From an uncultured Polyangiaceae bacterium (GTDB lineage: Bacteria; Myxococcota_A; Polyangia; Polyangiales; Polyangiaceae): a stretch of 64,000 nt of DNA. Under the pieces are notes generated by a model. It worked only from the letters and a program-made list of their open reading frames with translations, searched no databases and was not told the origin of the DNA. Of this stretch, positions 8,578 to 17,073 are shown one piece after another. Position 1 is the stretch's first letter. Each line of letters begins with the position of its first letter. Where the stretch lies: assembly GCA_964551615.1 (NCBI GenBank), contig CAZKDY010000023.1, forward strand, positions 20,294 to 84,293, written 5' to 3'. A program made the position numbers and the translations under genes.

Positions 8578-10865
8578 AGGGACTGCAGCTCGCCTTCTGC
8601 ATGGCGTTGCTCGGCGCCGGGTGCGGAGAGTCCGCGCCGCAAGAGCCACCGGGCTTTAGCTCAGGTGGCGCCGCGGGCTTTGGGGCAGCGGGAGGCGCGG
8701 CTGGCAGCGGCGCCAGTGCCGGCGCCGGGGGCAGCGGCTCACAGCTGTGCCCGGTGTCCATCCGCTACAAGCCCACCGCTGGCGCGAGCGTGAGCCAAGT
8801 CGCGGTCGCAGGAGACTGGAACCAGTTCGACAGCGGCCGAGACGTGCTGACCGGTCCTGATTCCGCAGGGCAATTTAGTATCGCCTTGGCGCTCACGCCG
8901 GGGATGCACGCCTACAAGCTGGTCTTAGACGGCTCCAATTGGACCCTCGATCCTGCCCAGGGCTACCGCAGGTTCGTTGACGGCACCGAGAACTCTGGCT
9001 TGCCGGTCGCAGACTGCACGCGGCCGCAGCTCAGCGTCGAGCGCGCCGTGACCAGCCGCTCAGGCGCTGGCGCGAGCTTCGTCGCCGACGTGCGCATCAC
9101 CCAAGCTGTGTCTGGCGCCGCCAGCGCGCTCACCGGGGTGCAGCTCGCTCAGCGCTTCGGCGCGAGCACTACCCAGGTGCCGGCCAGCGCGCTCTCACTG
9201 ACCGGTGATTTGTTGACCATCAGCCTGGGCGACCTGCGAGACGGCAAGCACACGTTGACCCTCAGCGTGACCGACGCGGCCGGCGCGCGCTCACCTGATT
9301 TGGTGCTGCCGTTTTGGGTCGAGGCACGAGCGTTTGAGTGGCGTGACGCGCTGATCTACATGGCGGTGACTGATCGATTTCAAGACGGCGACTCCAGCAA
9401 CGATCCACCCCCAAACTCGGCTGTCACGGATCCTCGCGGAGATTGGTCTGGCGGTGACCTGCGCGGCGTCCGCCAGCGCATCGCAGACGGCACGCTGGAT
9501 CAGCTAGGCATCCGGGCGCTGTGGCTCACGCCGTTTCAGACCAACCCGCCTGGGGAGTATCCGGCAGCTGACGGCGTGCACCAGGTCACCGGCTACCACG
9601 GCTACTGGCCCGTGCAGCCGCGCGAGGTCGACCCCCGCCTAGGCGGCGCGGCCGCGCTGCACGCCCTGGTGCAAGAAGCCCACGCCCACGGCATCCGGGT
9701 GTTGATGGACTTCGTGCTCAACCACGTGCACCAGTCACACCCCTACGTCAGCCAGCACCCCGACTGGTTCCGCACGGGCTGCGTGTGCGGCGGCCCGGGC
9801 TGCGACTGGACCGAGCGCCGGCTAGATTGCTTGTTCACCGACTACCTGCCAGACGTAAACTGGACGGTCAACGCCGCCTCAGACCAACTAGTGGACGACG
9901 CGGTCTGGTGGCTCAAAGAGTTCGACCTCGACGGCATCCGCGTCGACGCCGTCAAGCACGTTGAAGACGCCGCGATCGCCAACCTGAGCACGCGCGTGCG
10001 CGAGACGTTCGAAACCGCCGGCGCGCGCTACTTTTTAATGGGTGAGACGGCGATGGGCTGGAGCGACTGCGGGCTGGAGTGCAACCAGGCGCAGTACGAC
10101 ACCATCTCGAGCTACATCGGACCCCATGGTCTAGATGGTCAGTTCGACTTCGTGCTGTACCACGCGGTGCCCTACCGGGTCTTCGCCTACGACGACAACG
10201 GCATGAGCCACGCCGACTATTGGACGCAGCAAAGCCTTGTTCAGTATCCGCCGGGAAGTATCATGACGCCGTTCATCGGCAGCCACGACTCATCGCGCTT
10301 CGTGACCCTGGCGACCTACCGCGGGCAACCAGGCTTCGATCGCGGGGTCGCGTCCCACCAGTGGAGCGACCTGCCCGGGCCGCCCACCGACGGCGAGCCC
10401 TACGCTCGACATCGCTTGGCGCTGGCCTGGCTGTTGACCCAGCCGGGCGCGCCGCTGTTGTACTACGGCGACGAGTACGGCGAGTTTGGCGGCGCAGATC
10501 CAGGGAATCGCGCCATGTGGAAATCAGGCGGGTTGACCGCCGAGCAACAGACCACCCTCAGCTTCACGCGCGCCCTCGGCCAAGCGCGCCAGGGCTTAGC
10601 GCCGCTGCGGCGCGGGAGCTATCGATCGCTCTACGCCACCGAGGACTTCTTGGCCTTCGCTCGCGAATACAACGGGCAGGCGGTGATCGTCGCCCTGTCG
10701 CGCTCCCAAGACCCAACCCAAACCCGTGTCAGTTTGCCCCAAAGCCTCGGCTTGGCCGACGGAACCACGCTCCGCGACCAGCTGAGCAGCCAGGTGACGA
10801 CCGCTCAGGGCGGGCAGATCGACATCGACCTAGGGCCGTACGGCGCGGCGATCTTGGCGCTATAA
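8574..10865 (+). CDS. GH13 alpha-amylase-family enzyme with N-terminal CBM48/E-set-like domain, lipoprotein
   Basis: GTG overlaps the GH15 stop (GTGA 8574-8577). Lipobox 'ALLGAGC'. E-set-like 'VAVAGDWNQFDS...HAYKLVLDGSNWTLDP'. GH13 conserved regions: 'VLMDFVLNHV', 'DGIRVDAVKHV', 'FLMGETAMG', 'FIGSHDSSRF'. Confidence 0.9.
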   Translation: MKGLQLAFCMALLGAGCGESAPQEPPGFSSGGAAGFGAAGGAAGSGASAGAGGSGSQLCPVSIRYKPTAGASVSQVAVAGDWNQFDSGRDVLTGPDSAGQFSIALALTPGMHAYKLVLDGSNWTLDPAQGYRRFVDGTENSGLPVADCTRPQLSVERAVTSRSGAGASFVADVRITQAVSGAASALTGVQLAQRFGASTTQVPASALSLTGDLLTISLGDLRDGKHTLTLSVTDAAGARSPDLVLPFWVEARAFEWRDALIYMAVTDRFQDGDSSNDPPPNSAVTDPRGDWSGGDLRGVRQRIADGTLDQLGIRALWLTPFQTNPPGEYPAADGVHQVTGYHGYWPVQPREVDPRLGGAAALHALVQEAHAHGIRVLMDFVLNHVHQSHPYVSQHPDWFRTGCVCGGPGCDWTERRLDCLFTDYLPDVNWTVNAASDQLVDDAVWWLKEFDLDGIRVDAVKHVEDAAIANLSTRVRETFETAGARYFLMGETAMGWSDCGLECNQAQYDTISSYIGPHGLDGQFDFVLYHAVPYRVFAYDDNGMSHADYWTQQSLVQYPPGSIMTPFIGSHDSSRFVTLATYRGQPGFDRGVASHQWSDLPGPPTDGEPYARHRLALAWLLTQPGAPLLYYGDEYGEFGGADPGNRAMWKSGGLTAEQQTTLSFTRALGQARQGLAPLRRGSYRSLYATEDFLAFAREYNGQAVIVALSRSQDPTQTRVSLPQSLGLADGTTLRDQLSSQVTTAQGGQIDIDLGPYGAAILAL

Positions 10866-11071
10866 TCCGCTGCGCGCTTGCCGCCAGCCGAGACTGAGCG
10901 CACAACGTAGCGGGTCCCGCTGAGCCAGGATCAGCGGGCGAGCGCCTGGTTTCGCTGGGCTGCCCACCTGCGGCCCATATGCCGAGCATCTGAGGTTGAA
11001 ACTCTGGCAGGCGCCAAGCGTACAAGCCGGACCCCGCTGGACGTGTGTTTTCAGCGCTAACAGGAGTGGTG

Positions 11072-11854
11072 ATGAACCGACGCATTTTGACGCCGATGAT
11101 TGTGCTCAGCCTAGCGCTAGCTGGCTGTGACGATGGACCCTCGAAGAACGCTGCGCCAGTGTCGTCTTCGCTACAGGCCGCGGCAAAGTCCAGCGCGGCG
11201 AGCACCTTCGTGGTAGCCAGCGAGGCGTCAAAGGTCAGCTTCTTGATGGACGCCCCCATCGAGAAGATCTTCGGCGACGCGCCGGGCTCAGCGTCCGGTG
11301 AGTTCCATGTGGATCTGACGGACGTGACCAAGTCGACCGGCCTGCTCAAGATCGATCTAGACAAACTCGTGCTCTCTCACCAGAAGCGCGAAGACGAGGC
11401 TGGGGAGTTCAAGGAGCGCAAGCAGGACGACACCCAGAACGCACACGCGAGGGAGTGGCTTGAGATCGGCCCCGGCGCGCCAGCAGATGTCAAAGCCAAG
11501 AACCAGTTCATCGAGTTCAAGATCACGAAGGTCGCGACCTCGGGTGAGAAGGACATCGGCAAGCTGACCGGCGCCGAGCGCAAGCTAACCGTAGACGTCA
11601 GCGGAGACTTCCGCCTGCACCAGCGCAGCGTCGAGAAGACCGCCAAGCTTGAGCTGACGGTCAAGTACGACGGTGACAAGCCAAAGAGCATCAGCGTCAA
11701 GAGCCTTGACACGATCCCCGTGGATCTGGAGAAGCACGACGTGAGGCCTCGCTCCGCGTTCGGCAAGCTCGCCGACGCGACCCTCGCGACGCTGAGCAAG
11801 AAGGTCAACAAGACCCCTCAGATCAGCATCGAGATCGAGGCCACCGCCAAGTAG
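11072..11854 (+). CDS. YceI-like lipoprotein (putative)
   Basis: ATG 11072 is preceded by AGGAG at 11062-11066. Lipobox 'LALAGC'. The overall YceI-like pattern is 'SKVSFLMDAPIEKIFGDAPGSASGEFHVDL...GLLKIDLDKL...VSGDFRLHQRS'. Confidence 0.55.
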   Translation: MNRRILTPMIVLSLALAGCDDGPSKNAAPVSSSLQAAAKSSAASTFVVASEASKVSFLMDAPIEKIFGDAPGSASGEFHVDLTDVTKSTGLLKIDLDKLVLSHQKREDEAGEFKERKQDDTQNAHAREWLEIGPGAPADVKAKNQFIEFKITKVATSGEKDIGKLTGAERKLTVDVSGDFRLHQRSVEKTAKLELTVKYDGDKPKSISVKSLDTIPVDLEKHDVRPRSAFGKLADATLATLSKKVNKTPQISIEIEATAK

Positions 11855-11894
11855 CGCGCGAGCTTGGTGGAGCAGCGCCGCGAGCGTTGGGCCG

Positions 11895-11931
11895 ACGCCC
11901 TTGGCAGGTAGCTGCTGGGCGTGCTTTTTTT
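11895..11931 (+). terminator. Rho-independent terminator after the YceI-like gene
   Basis: ACGCCC (11895-11900) pairs with GGGCGT (11917-11922). An inner GCAG/CTGC stem follows. The hairpin is followed by GC and T7 (11925-11931). Confidence 0.7.
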
Positions 11932-12130
11932 AGCCTAGCGACTGCGGCGCCACGCTGCTTAGGCGTCGTCACTGACGATTTTTCGCTGGTGCTGACCGGA
12001 TCCGAGCGATCACGGCTCGCACTTTGGCGCGCGGTTCTTCAAACTGCGGGGTACCCTTCGAAGCACGCCGCGGCGGGTGCGAACGATGCCAGACGCTCGT
12101 GCCGTACTCGTTCCGCCCTAGGAGAGCCCC

Positions 12131-13531
12131 ATGAGAATCCTCGCCTGGTCAGCAATTGGCCTACTCGGTTTGTGTGCCTGTACCGCCAAAGAGCGCGAGC
12201 GCGACGCGAGCGCGGGCGGCGCTTCAGGCAGCAGCCAAGGCGGCGCGGCGGGCAGCTCGGGTAACGCAGGCGGCGGCAGCGCAGGCACCACGGGTGGCTC
12301 GGGTGGTAGCTCCGCGGGGAATTCCGCAGGTGGTAGCTCGCCAGGGGGAGCCGGAGCTGGTGGCGGAGGAGCGGGCGGAGGCGGCGGCGCTGCCGGAAGC
12401 GCTGGCGCCGGCGGGAGCGGTGGCAGCCCACTCACCTGCACCACGGGGCCAGTGTATCAAGTGCCTGCAGCCAGTACGGGGCCGAGCGAGCCTGACGTGG
12501 CGCTAGTGGCGTGCAGCGACACCGCGTACGCGGTTGTTTCCACGGGGAGTGGGATTCAGATCAGCCGAGTTCGCCTCGCTACTGACGGCAACCCCGTGGA
12601 GCAGAGCTGGCTCTACCCACCAGGGGACTACCGTGTGCGCGGCGCGACCTGCGACGCGAACCAGCTGAAGGTCCTAGCCACGGGTGACACGGGCTTCGCG
12701 GAGCTGAGCTTCGCTCGCTCGGGGCGAGACCTGGCGAGCCCCCTCAATCCTCAGATCCAGGCGCTAGCCACACCAGCCGAATGCCGGGGACCCAACGGCA
12801 ACGTGTTCAACGTGATCGCGTCCTACAATGGCGGGCTGCACGCAGCCTTCGACTGCGCCGACACATCCACCGCGACGCTGTTCGTAGGCTGGCCGCCCAT
12901 CGAGGTAGAATCGGCTCCACTCAGTGACAAAGAGCTGCGCGCGGCAGGCTATTCGTTCGCGGGTGGGGTTCATTTCGTGACCAACGAGAGCGGCCAGGGC
13001 TGGGTTGGCGCGACCGCCGCGCAGCTGGGCGTCCGGCAGCAGCTCAACTACGAAGATCCGCTCACCCGGCCCACCCTCGGCGCGCTGGTTGGCAGCAACA
13101 GCGGCGGGTTCCAGGTCGTCGGCATCACCACCAACCCCCCACCCTCGCTGCTCCCAGGACGTTTCTTCACGGGACCGGTGCTGCCAAGTGAGGTCAACCA
13201 GTTGTTCGTGGGGGGGGGTGGACTGCCCGCTGCCGTTAAGCTGCGCCGTGAGTTCACTAGCGCGGACGATTTCGGTCCAACCAGCGCGCTCTCCACCCGC
13301 GCGGCCTCTAGCTTCTTCTCGTTCATCGCCTTGAGCGCCGACGTCAGGGCGACGATCCTGGCGGCTGACGGCTCCATCCTCACTTGGGCGCACCCAGTCT
13401 ACTCGCCGGTGGACGACACGGTCCGGCGCACCTACGCCATCCATGACGGCGCTGGCTACGCTGTGGTTTGGGCCGAGTACGACAAGGCCGGTGACTACTC
13501 CGTCAAGGGCCGCAACCTGATGTGCTTCTGA
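12131..13531 (+). CDS. Hypothetical lipoprotein with long Gly/Ser/Ala linker
   Basis: ATG is preceded by AGGAGA. Signal and lipobox 'MRILAWSAIGLLGLCAC'. About 80 aa of G/S/A low complexity follows, then a globular domain with no motif I recognise. Confidence 0.7.
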   Translation: MRILAWSAIGLLGLCACTAKERERDASAGGASGSSQGGAAGSSGNAGGGSAGTTGGSGGSSAGNSAGGSSPGGAGAGGGGAGGGGGAAGSAGAGGSGGSPLTCTTGPVYQVPAASTGPSEPDVALVACSDTAYAVVSTGSGIQISRVRLATDGNPVEQSWLYPPGDYRVRGATCDANQLKVLATGDTGFAELSFARSGRDLASPLNPQIQALATPAECRGPNGNVFNVIASYNGGLHAAFDCADTSTATLFVGWPPIEVESAPLSDKELRAAGYSFAGGVHFVTNESGQGWVGATAAQLGVRQQLNYEDPLTRPTLGALVGSNSGGFQVVGITTNPPPSLLPGRFFTGPVLPSEVNQLFVGGGGLPAAVKLRREFTSADDFGPTSALSTRAASSFFSFIALSADVRATILAADGSILTWAHPVYSPVDDTVRRTYAIHDGAGYAVVWAEYDKAGDYSVKGRNLMCF

Positions 13532-13627
13532 TAAGCGCCAGGTCACACGTCAGCGGCTGGCGCTGTTTGATTCCCTGGGGTAAACGCCCATCGCGCGGCC
13601 TGTCCGACGCTGAGCTCAAACCCGCGC

Positions 13628-16600
13628 TCAGCGTCGCACTTGTTCGCGGCGCACGCGCAGGCTGCGCTGAGCCCCGGCGCGCTCGATCAGCAACACCACG
13701 TCGCCCCGCACGGGGCCGCTCATGCGCGTCCGCGCCGCGGTCATGCTGTTGACCGCTACGCCGTCTACCGCCAGCACGAAGTCCCCACGCAGCAGCCCCG
13801 CGCGCTCCGCCTCGCTGCCGGCGGTCACCTGAATCAAGACCACCACCACTTCGTCCTCGAAGTCCCGCTCGCCTAGCGTGACCGCCAACGAGCCGCTCGC
13901 CGCGGGTTCAGCGTCGCCGACAGGTTCGCTCAGTACGATCTTGAGACCCCGCGCGGTGTCACCCTCGCTGACCTTGATCCGCGCGCGGCCGCGACCGACG
14001 TCGGCTGAGTAGGCTTCGACCACGAGGTCTCCAGCGCCGACCCCGCGCAACACGAAGTGGCCGCGCGCGTCGCTCAGCGCGACCCCAGCGGGTAGCGGGC
14101 CAGCGGGCAAGAACGCCGGGGCGATGTCCAGCGCCACGCGCGCGCCCGCGACGGGATCACCGCGGGGATCTACGACCTCCCCCTCCAGCGTCGCCGGCGC
14201 GCTCAGATCAATGCTGGGCAGGACAAACGGGCGGTCGCGGCTGGTGCGCTCAACCACCACGCTGCGCTCCACGCGGGCGTAGTCTGGGTGGCTGACCACG
14301 ACGCGGACTGCCCCAGGCGTGGCGCCTTCGATGCTGTAGCTGCCCTCAGCGTCGGTGCGCCCGCTGCGCTGCTCGCCGGCGCCGATCACGACCACCGTCG
14401 CGCCCTCCACGAACTGGCGCCCGCGCACGGCGGTGACTTGTCCGCTGACGGTCACCGCGAGCTCGAGCTCGAGCTCCAAGCGCTCCCCCGCGGATTTAAT
14501 CTGCTGCTCCGCCCGCGCGAAGCCGGGGGCCACCACGATCACCTGCAGCGGCAGACCGCGGGCGTCTTCGACCTCAACCTCACCGCGCTCACTGGTAAAG
14601 TAGGTCGCGCGCAGCGGTTGATCTGGATCTAGGCTCAGCACCGTCACCTGCGCGAGCGCGACGGCCGCGCCGTCAGGGTTTTCTACATAGATAATAACAG
14701 CGTCGCGGCGCTCCGGCAGCGTGATCTCAATTTCTTTGCGCTTACCCTCAGGCACCTCGAGCACCTTCTTAACAGCCACGCGGTCGAAGTCCTCGGGTCG
14801 ATACACATTCAGCAAGATCTGCTCAGGCACCGCGGCGAAGGCGAAGCTGCCGTCGCTGGCGGTCACGGTGGTGCGCTCCAAGCTGCCTTCGAGGGCCACG
14901 ATGTCCACCCGCGCTCCCGAGACCCCATACCCCGCGCTGTCCACTACTTTGCCCTCTAGGGTGCCGCCCGCCTTGAGCACGACCTCCACCTCTGCTTGAC
15001 CACCGGGTGCCAGCACCACGACGTCGCTGATGCCCTCGACGTAGGCCGGGTGACGCACGATGGCGCGCAGCCTACCCGGGGTCACCGGCCGCGCCGTGAA
15101 CCGCCCGTCAAGACCCGTCACCCACGGGATGTAGTCCGACGCGCGCGCCGGGTCCGCCGTGCCCGCTTGTATCCCCCCGGCAGCGATAGCCTCAGCAACA
15201 GCCGACCAGTCCTTAGGGATAGGGGGTATAGGGCCAGGCATCACACCCAGCTCTCCAGCTGGGATGAGCGGGCTGGGGCCCGCCAGCGCCCAGGAAAAGT
15301 GAGCGTCTCGAAACGCGGTGAGCTGTGGTGTCTCTGCGACCGGCATGCCGTCTACATCCGTCCCCACCACCTCAATCGAGGCTCCGTCTACCGTGTTGCC
15401 CGCGCTGTCGGTGACCAGGCCGAGCAAGGTCGCGCCTTTGAGCAGGATCACGCGCACCGGGCCGTCGAGGGTCTCCGGCACCGCGACACCCCCGCGGGCC
15501 ACGAACCCCGCCGCCCGCGCTGAGACAGCAGCGGGCCCCGGCGCGATCGGACCAAGGGCCACCGCGCCGTCGCTGCCCGTCTGCCCCTGCAGCGGAAACG
15601 ACGAGAGCCCGAACTCGGTCAGCACCACGTCCGCGCCGGGCACCGCCGCCGCGTCCTCCTCCGCGCCTCCCACCACCAACACCCGCACCATGCGACCAGG
15701 CAGCAGCTGGAGGGTGAGCTCAGTGTGTTCGCCGCGCGTCACCTGATGGCCGAGCACGGTGTGGCTTACCGCGTTACCCAGCTCCGCACGGACATCATAC
15801 GACCCAGACAACAGCCCGCCGATGCGCGTGATGCCCATCGCGTCGGTTTCCGCGCGGCGCGCGGGCCACAAGCCCGAGCCTGAGATCTGCACGTTAGCGC
15901 GCGCCGCCGGCCCGCCGTCTACACCGATGACCTTGACGCTGAGTGAACCCAGCCGACGCAAGGTGAGCGTGAGCGCCGAGGTGACGCCAGACTGGGTCAC
16001 CGATTCGTAGCCGCGCGCCGAGGCCTTCACGGTCCACGGCGCGCGGCCGAGCCGGTCGAAGCGAACGCTGCCGTGCGCGTCAGTGATGCCGCCGTGCGGT
16101 AATGGATCACCACCAGTCGCCAGGACGGTGGCCTCACTCACCGGCTCGCCCGCCTCATCCTGAACGCCCACGGTGAGCGCCTGCGCTGGCTCCAGCACGA
16201 CCCGCGCCAGCCGAACGCTCTCTGGCGCTTCATCGCCTTCAACCAAGATCTGCGCCGAGCTGCGGGCGTAGCCTGGAGCTTCAACCAGCACCCAGGTGAC
16301 TCCGCGTGGCAACTCATCAAGCGCGAGCTTGCCAGCGCCATCTGTAGCGCCCGCGCCGGCCGCGTAGTAGCGATCTCCCAGGCGCAAGTACAGCCGCACC
16401 TGAGCGTCGCTCACCGGCGGCGCTTCGCTGCAGTCAGCGCCGCGCGGCTGAGCTGTAGCCACGGCGCCCGCGTCGCTAGCGCTGGCAGGGCCAGCGCCTG
16501 CTGCGCCAGCGTCGCGCCCGCCCGCTGACGCCCCCGAGGGCGCCGGCTGCGTGGGGCGGCAGCCACGGCCATCGACCACGAGCACGACCAGCTTGCCGTC

Positions 16601-16996
16601 ACGGGCTTGGCGCGAAACCGGCGCTGGTGGCGCGAACGCCGTGACGTCGGGCAGCGGCAGCAACCGCGTGTCCATCAAGCCGCCGACGAACAGCAGACAC
16701 ACCACGGCCGCCAGCCAGTAGAGCCACGCGAGCGAACGCGAGCTGCGGTGCGGCGGCGGGGCGGCTGCAGGCGGGGCGGCTGCAGGCGGGGCGGCTGCAG
16801 GCGGGGCGGCTGCAGGCTCGGTGCCTTGCTCACGCGCCGCGTCTGACGACGCGCCAGTCGAGGCAGGCTCAGCGCGCTCGCGCGCCGCGTCTGACGACGC
16901 GCCAGTCGAGGCAGGCTCAGCGCGCTCGCGTGAGCTGGCCTCAGCGTCGCCGCCACCTTGAGCTGTAGGGCGGGTGGGCGGATGCTTCGAGCTCAC
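13628..16996 (-). CDS. Membrane-anchored protein with multiple CarboxypepD_reg-like (Ig-like) repeats and C-terminal PDZ domain
   Basis: Long ORF. The N-terminus is low-complexity, then a TM helix 'LAWLYWLAAVVCLLFVGGL'. Repeated 'G.V.D..G.PV.GA.V' beta-sandwich motifs follow (e.g. 'GKVVDSAGYGVSGARVDIV', 'GEVVDPRGDPVAGARVAL'). The C-terminal PDZ reads 'GSEAERAGLLRGDFVLAVDGVAV'. I placed the start at GTG 16996 because the 17254 extension overlaps the divergent gene; this is uncertain. Confidence 0.75.
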   Translation of the reverse strand: MSSKHPPTRPTAQGGGDAEASSRERAEPASTGASSDAARERAEPASTGASSDAAREQGTEPAAAPPAAAPPAAAPPAAAPPPHRSSRSLAWLYWLAAVVCLLFVGGLMDTRLLPLPDVTAFAPPAPVSRQARDGKLVVLVVDGRGCRPTQPAPSGASAGGRDAGAAGAGPASASDAGAVATAQPRGADCSEAPPVSDAQVRLYLRLGDRYYAAGAGATDGAGKLALDELPRGVTWVLVEAPGYARSSAQILVEGDEAPESVRLARVVLEPAQALTVGVQDEAGEPVSEATVLATGGDPLPHGGITDAHGSVRFDRLGRAPWTVKASARGYESVTQSGVTSALTLTLRRLGSLSVKVIGVDGGPAARANVQISGSGLWPARRAETDAMGITRIGGLLSGSYDVRAELGNAVSHTVLGHQVTRGEHTELTLQLLPGRMVRVLVVGGAEEDAAAVPGADVVLTEFGLSSFPLQGQTGSDGAVALGPIAPGPAAVSARAAGFVARGGVAVPETLDGPVRVILLKGATLLGLVTDSAGNTVDGASIEVVGTDVDGMPVAETPQLTAFRDAHFSWALAGPSPLIPAGELGVMPGPIPPIPKDWSAVAEAIAAGGIQAGTADPARASDYIPWVTGLDGRFTARPVTPGRLRAIVRHPAYVEGISDVVVLAPGGQAEVEVVLKAGGTLEGKVVDSAGYGVSGARVDIVALEGSLERTTVTASDGSFAFAAVPEQILLNVYRPEDFDRVAVKKVLEVPEGKRKEIEITLPERRDAVIIYVENPDGAAVALAQVTVLSLDPDQPLRATYFTSERGEVEVEDARGLPLQVIVVAPGFARAEQQIKSAGERLELELELAVTVSGQVTAVRGRQFVEGATVVVIGAGEQRSGRTDAEGSYSIEGATPGAVRVVVSHPDYARVERSVVVERTSRDRPFVLPSIDLSAPATLEGEVVDPRGDPVAGARVALDIAPAFLPAGPLPAGVALSDARGHFVLRGVGAGDLVVEAYSADVGRGRARIKVSEGDTARGLKIVLSEPVGDAEPAASGSLAVTLGERDFEDEVVVVLIQVTAGSEAERAGLLRGDFVLAVDGVAVNSMTAARTRMSGPVRGDVVLLIERAGAQRSLRVRREQVRR
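16756..16815. repeat. 15-nt tandem repeat x4 (gcggggcggctgcag), coding (PAAAP)n on the minus strand
   Basis: Four perfect adjacent copies at 16756-16815 inside the N-terminal region of the 13628-16996 gene. Confidence 0.9.
16833..16928. repeat. 48-nt perfect tandem duplication, coding 'ERAEPASTGASSDAAR' x2
   Basis: 16833-16880 is identical to 16881-16928 and is in frame with the same gene. Confidence 0.9.
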
Positions 16997-17073
16997 GGCC
17001 GCCCACGATACCTCCCTTCTGCTGCGCCGCCACTTTGCGCAGCAGCGCTGGGACCTGTAATGTTTGCAGTCTG

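Noticed and set aside
10079-10897. 272-aa alternative-frame ORF inside the GH13 gene
   Set aside because: It is an Arg/Pro-rich nonsense-like sequence. The overlapping frame contains GH13 conserved regions III and IV, so this is a GC-driven shadow ORF.
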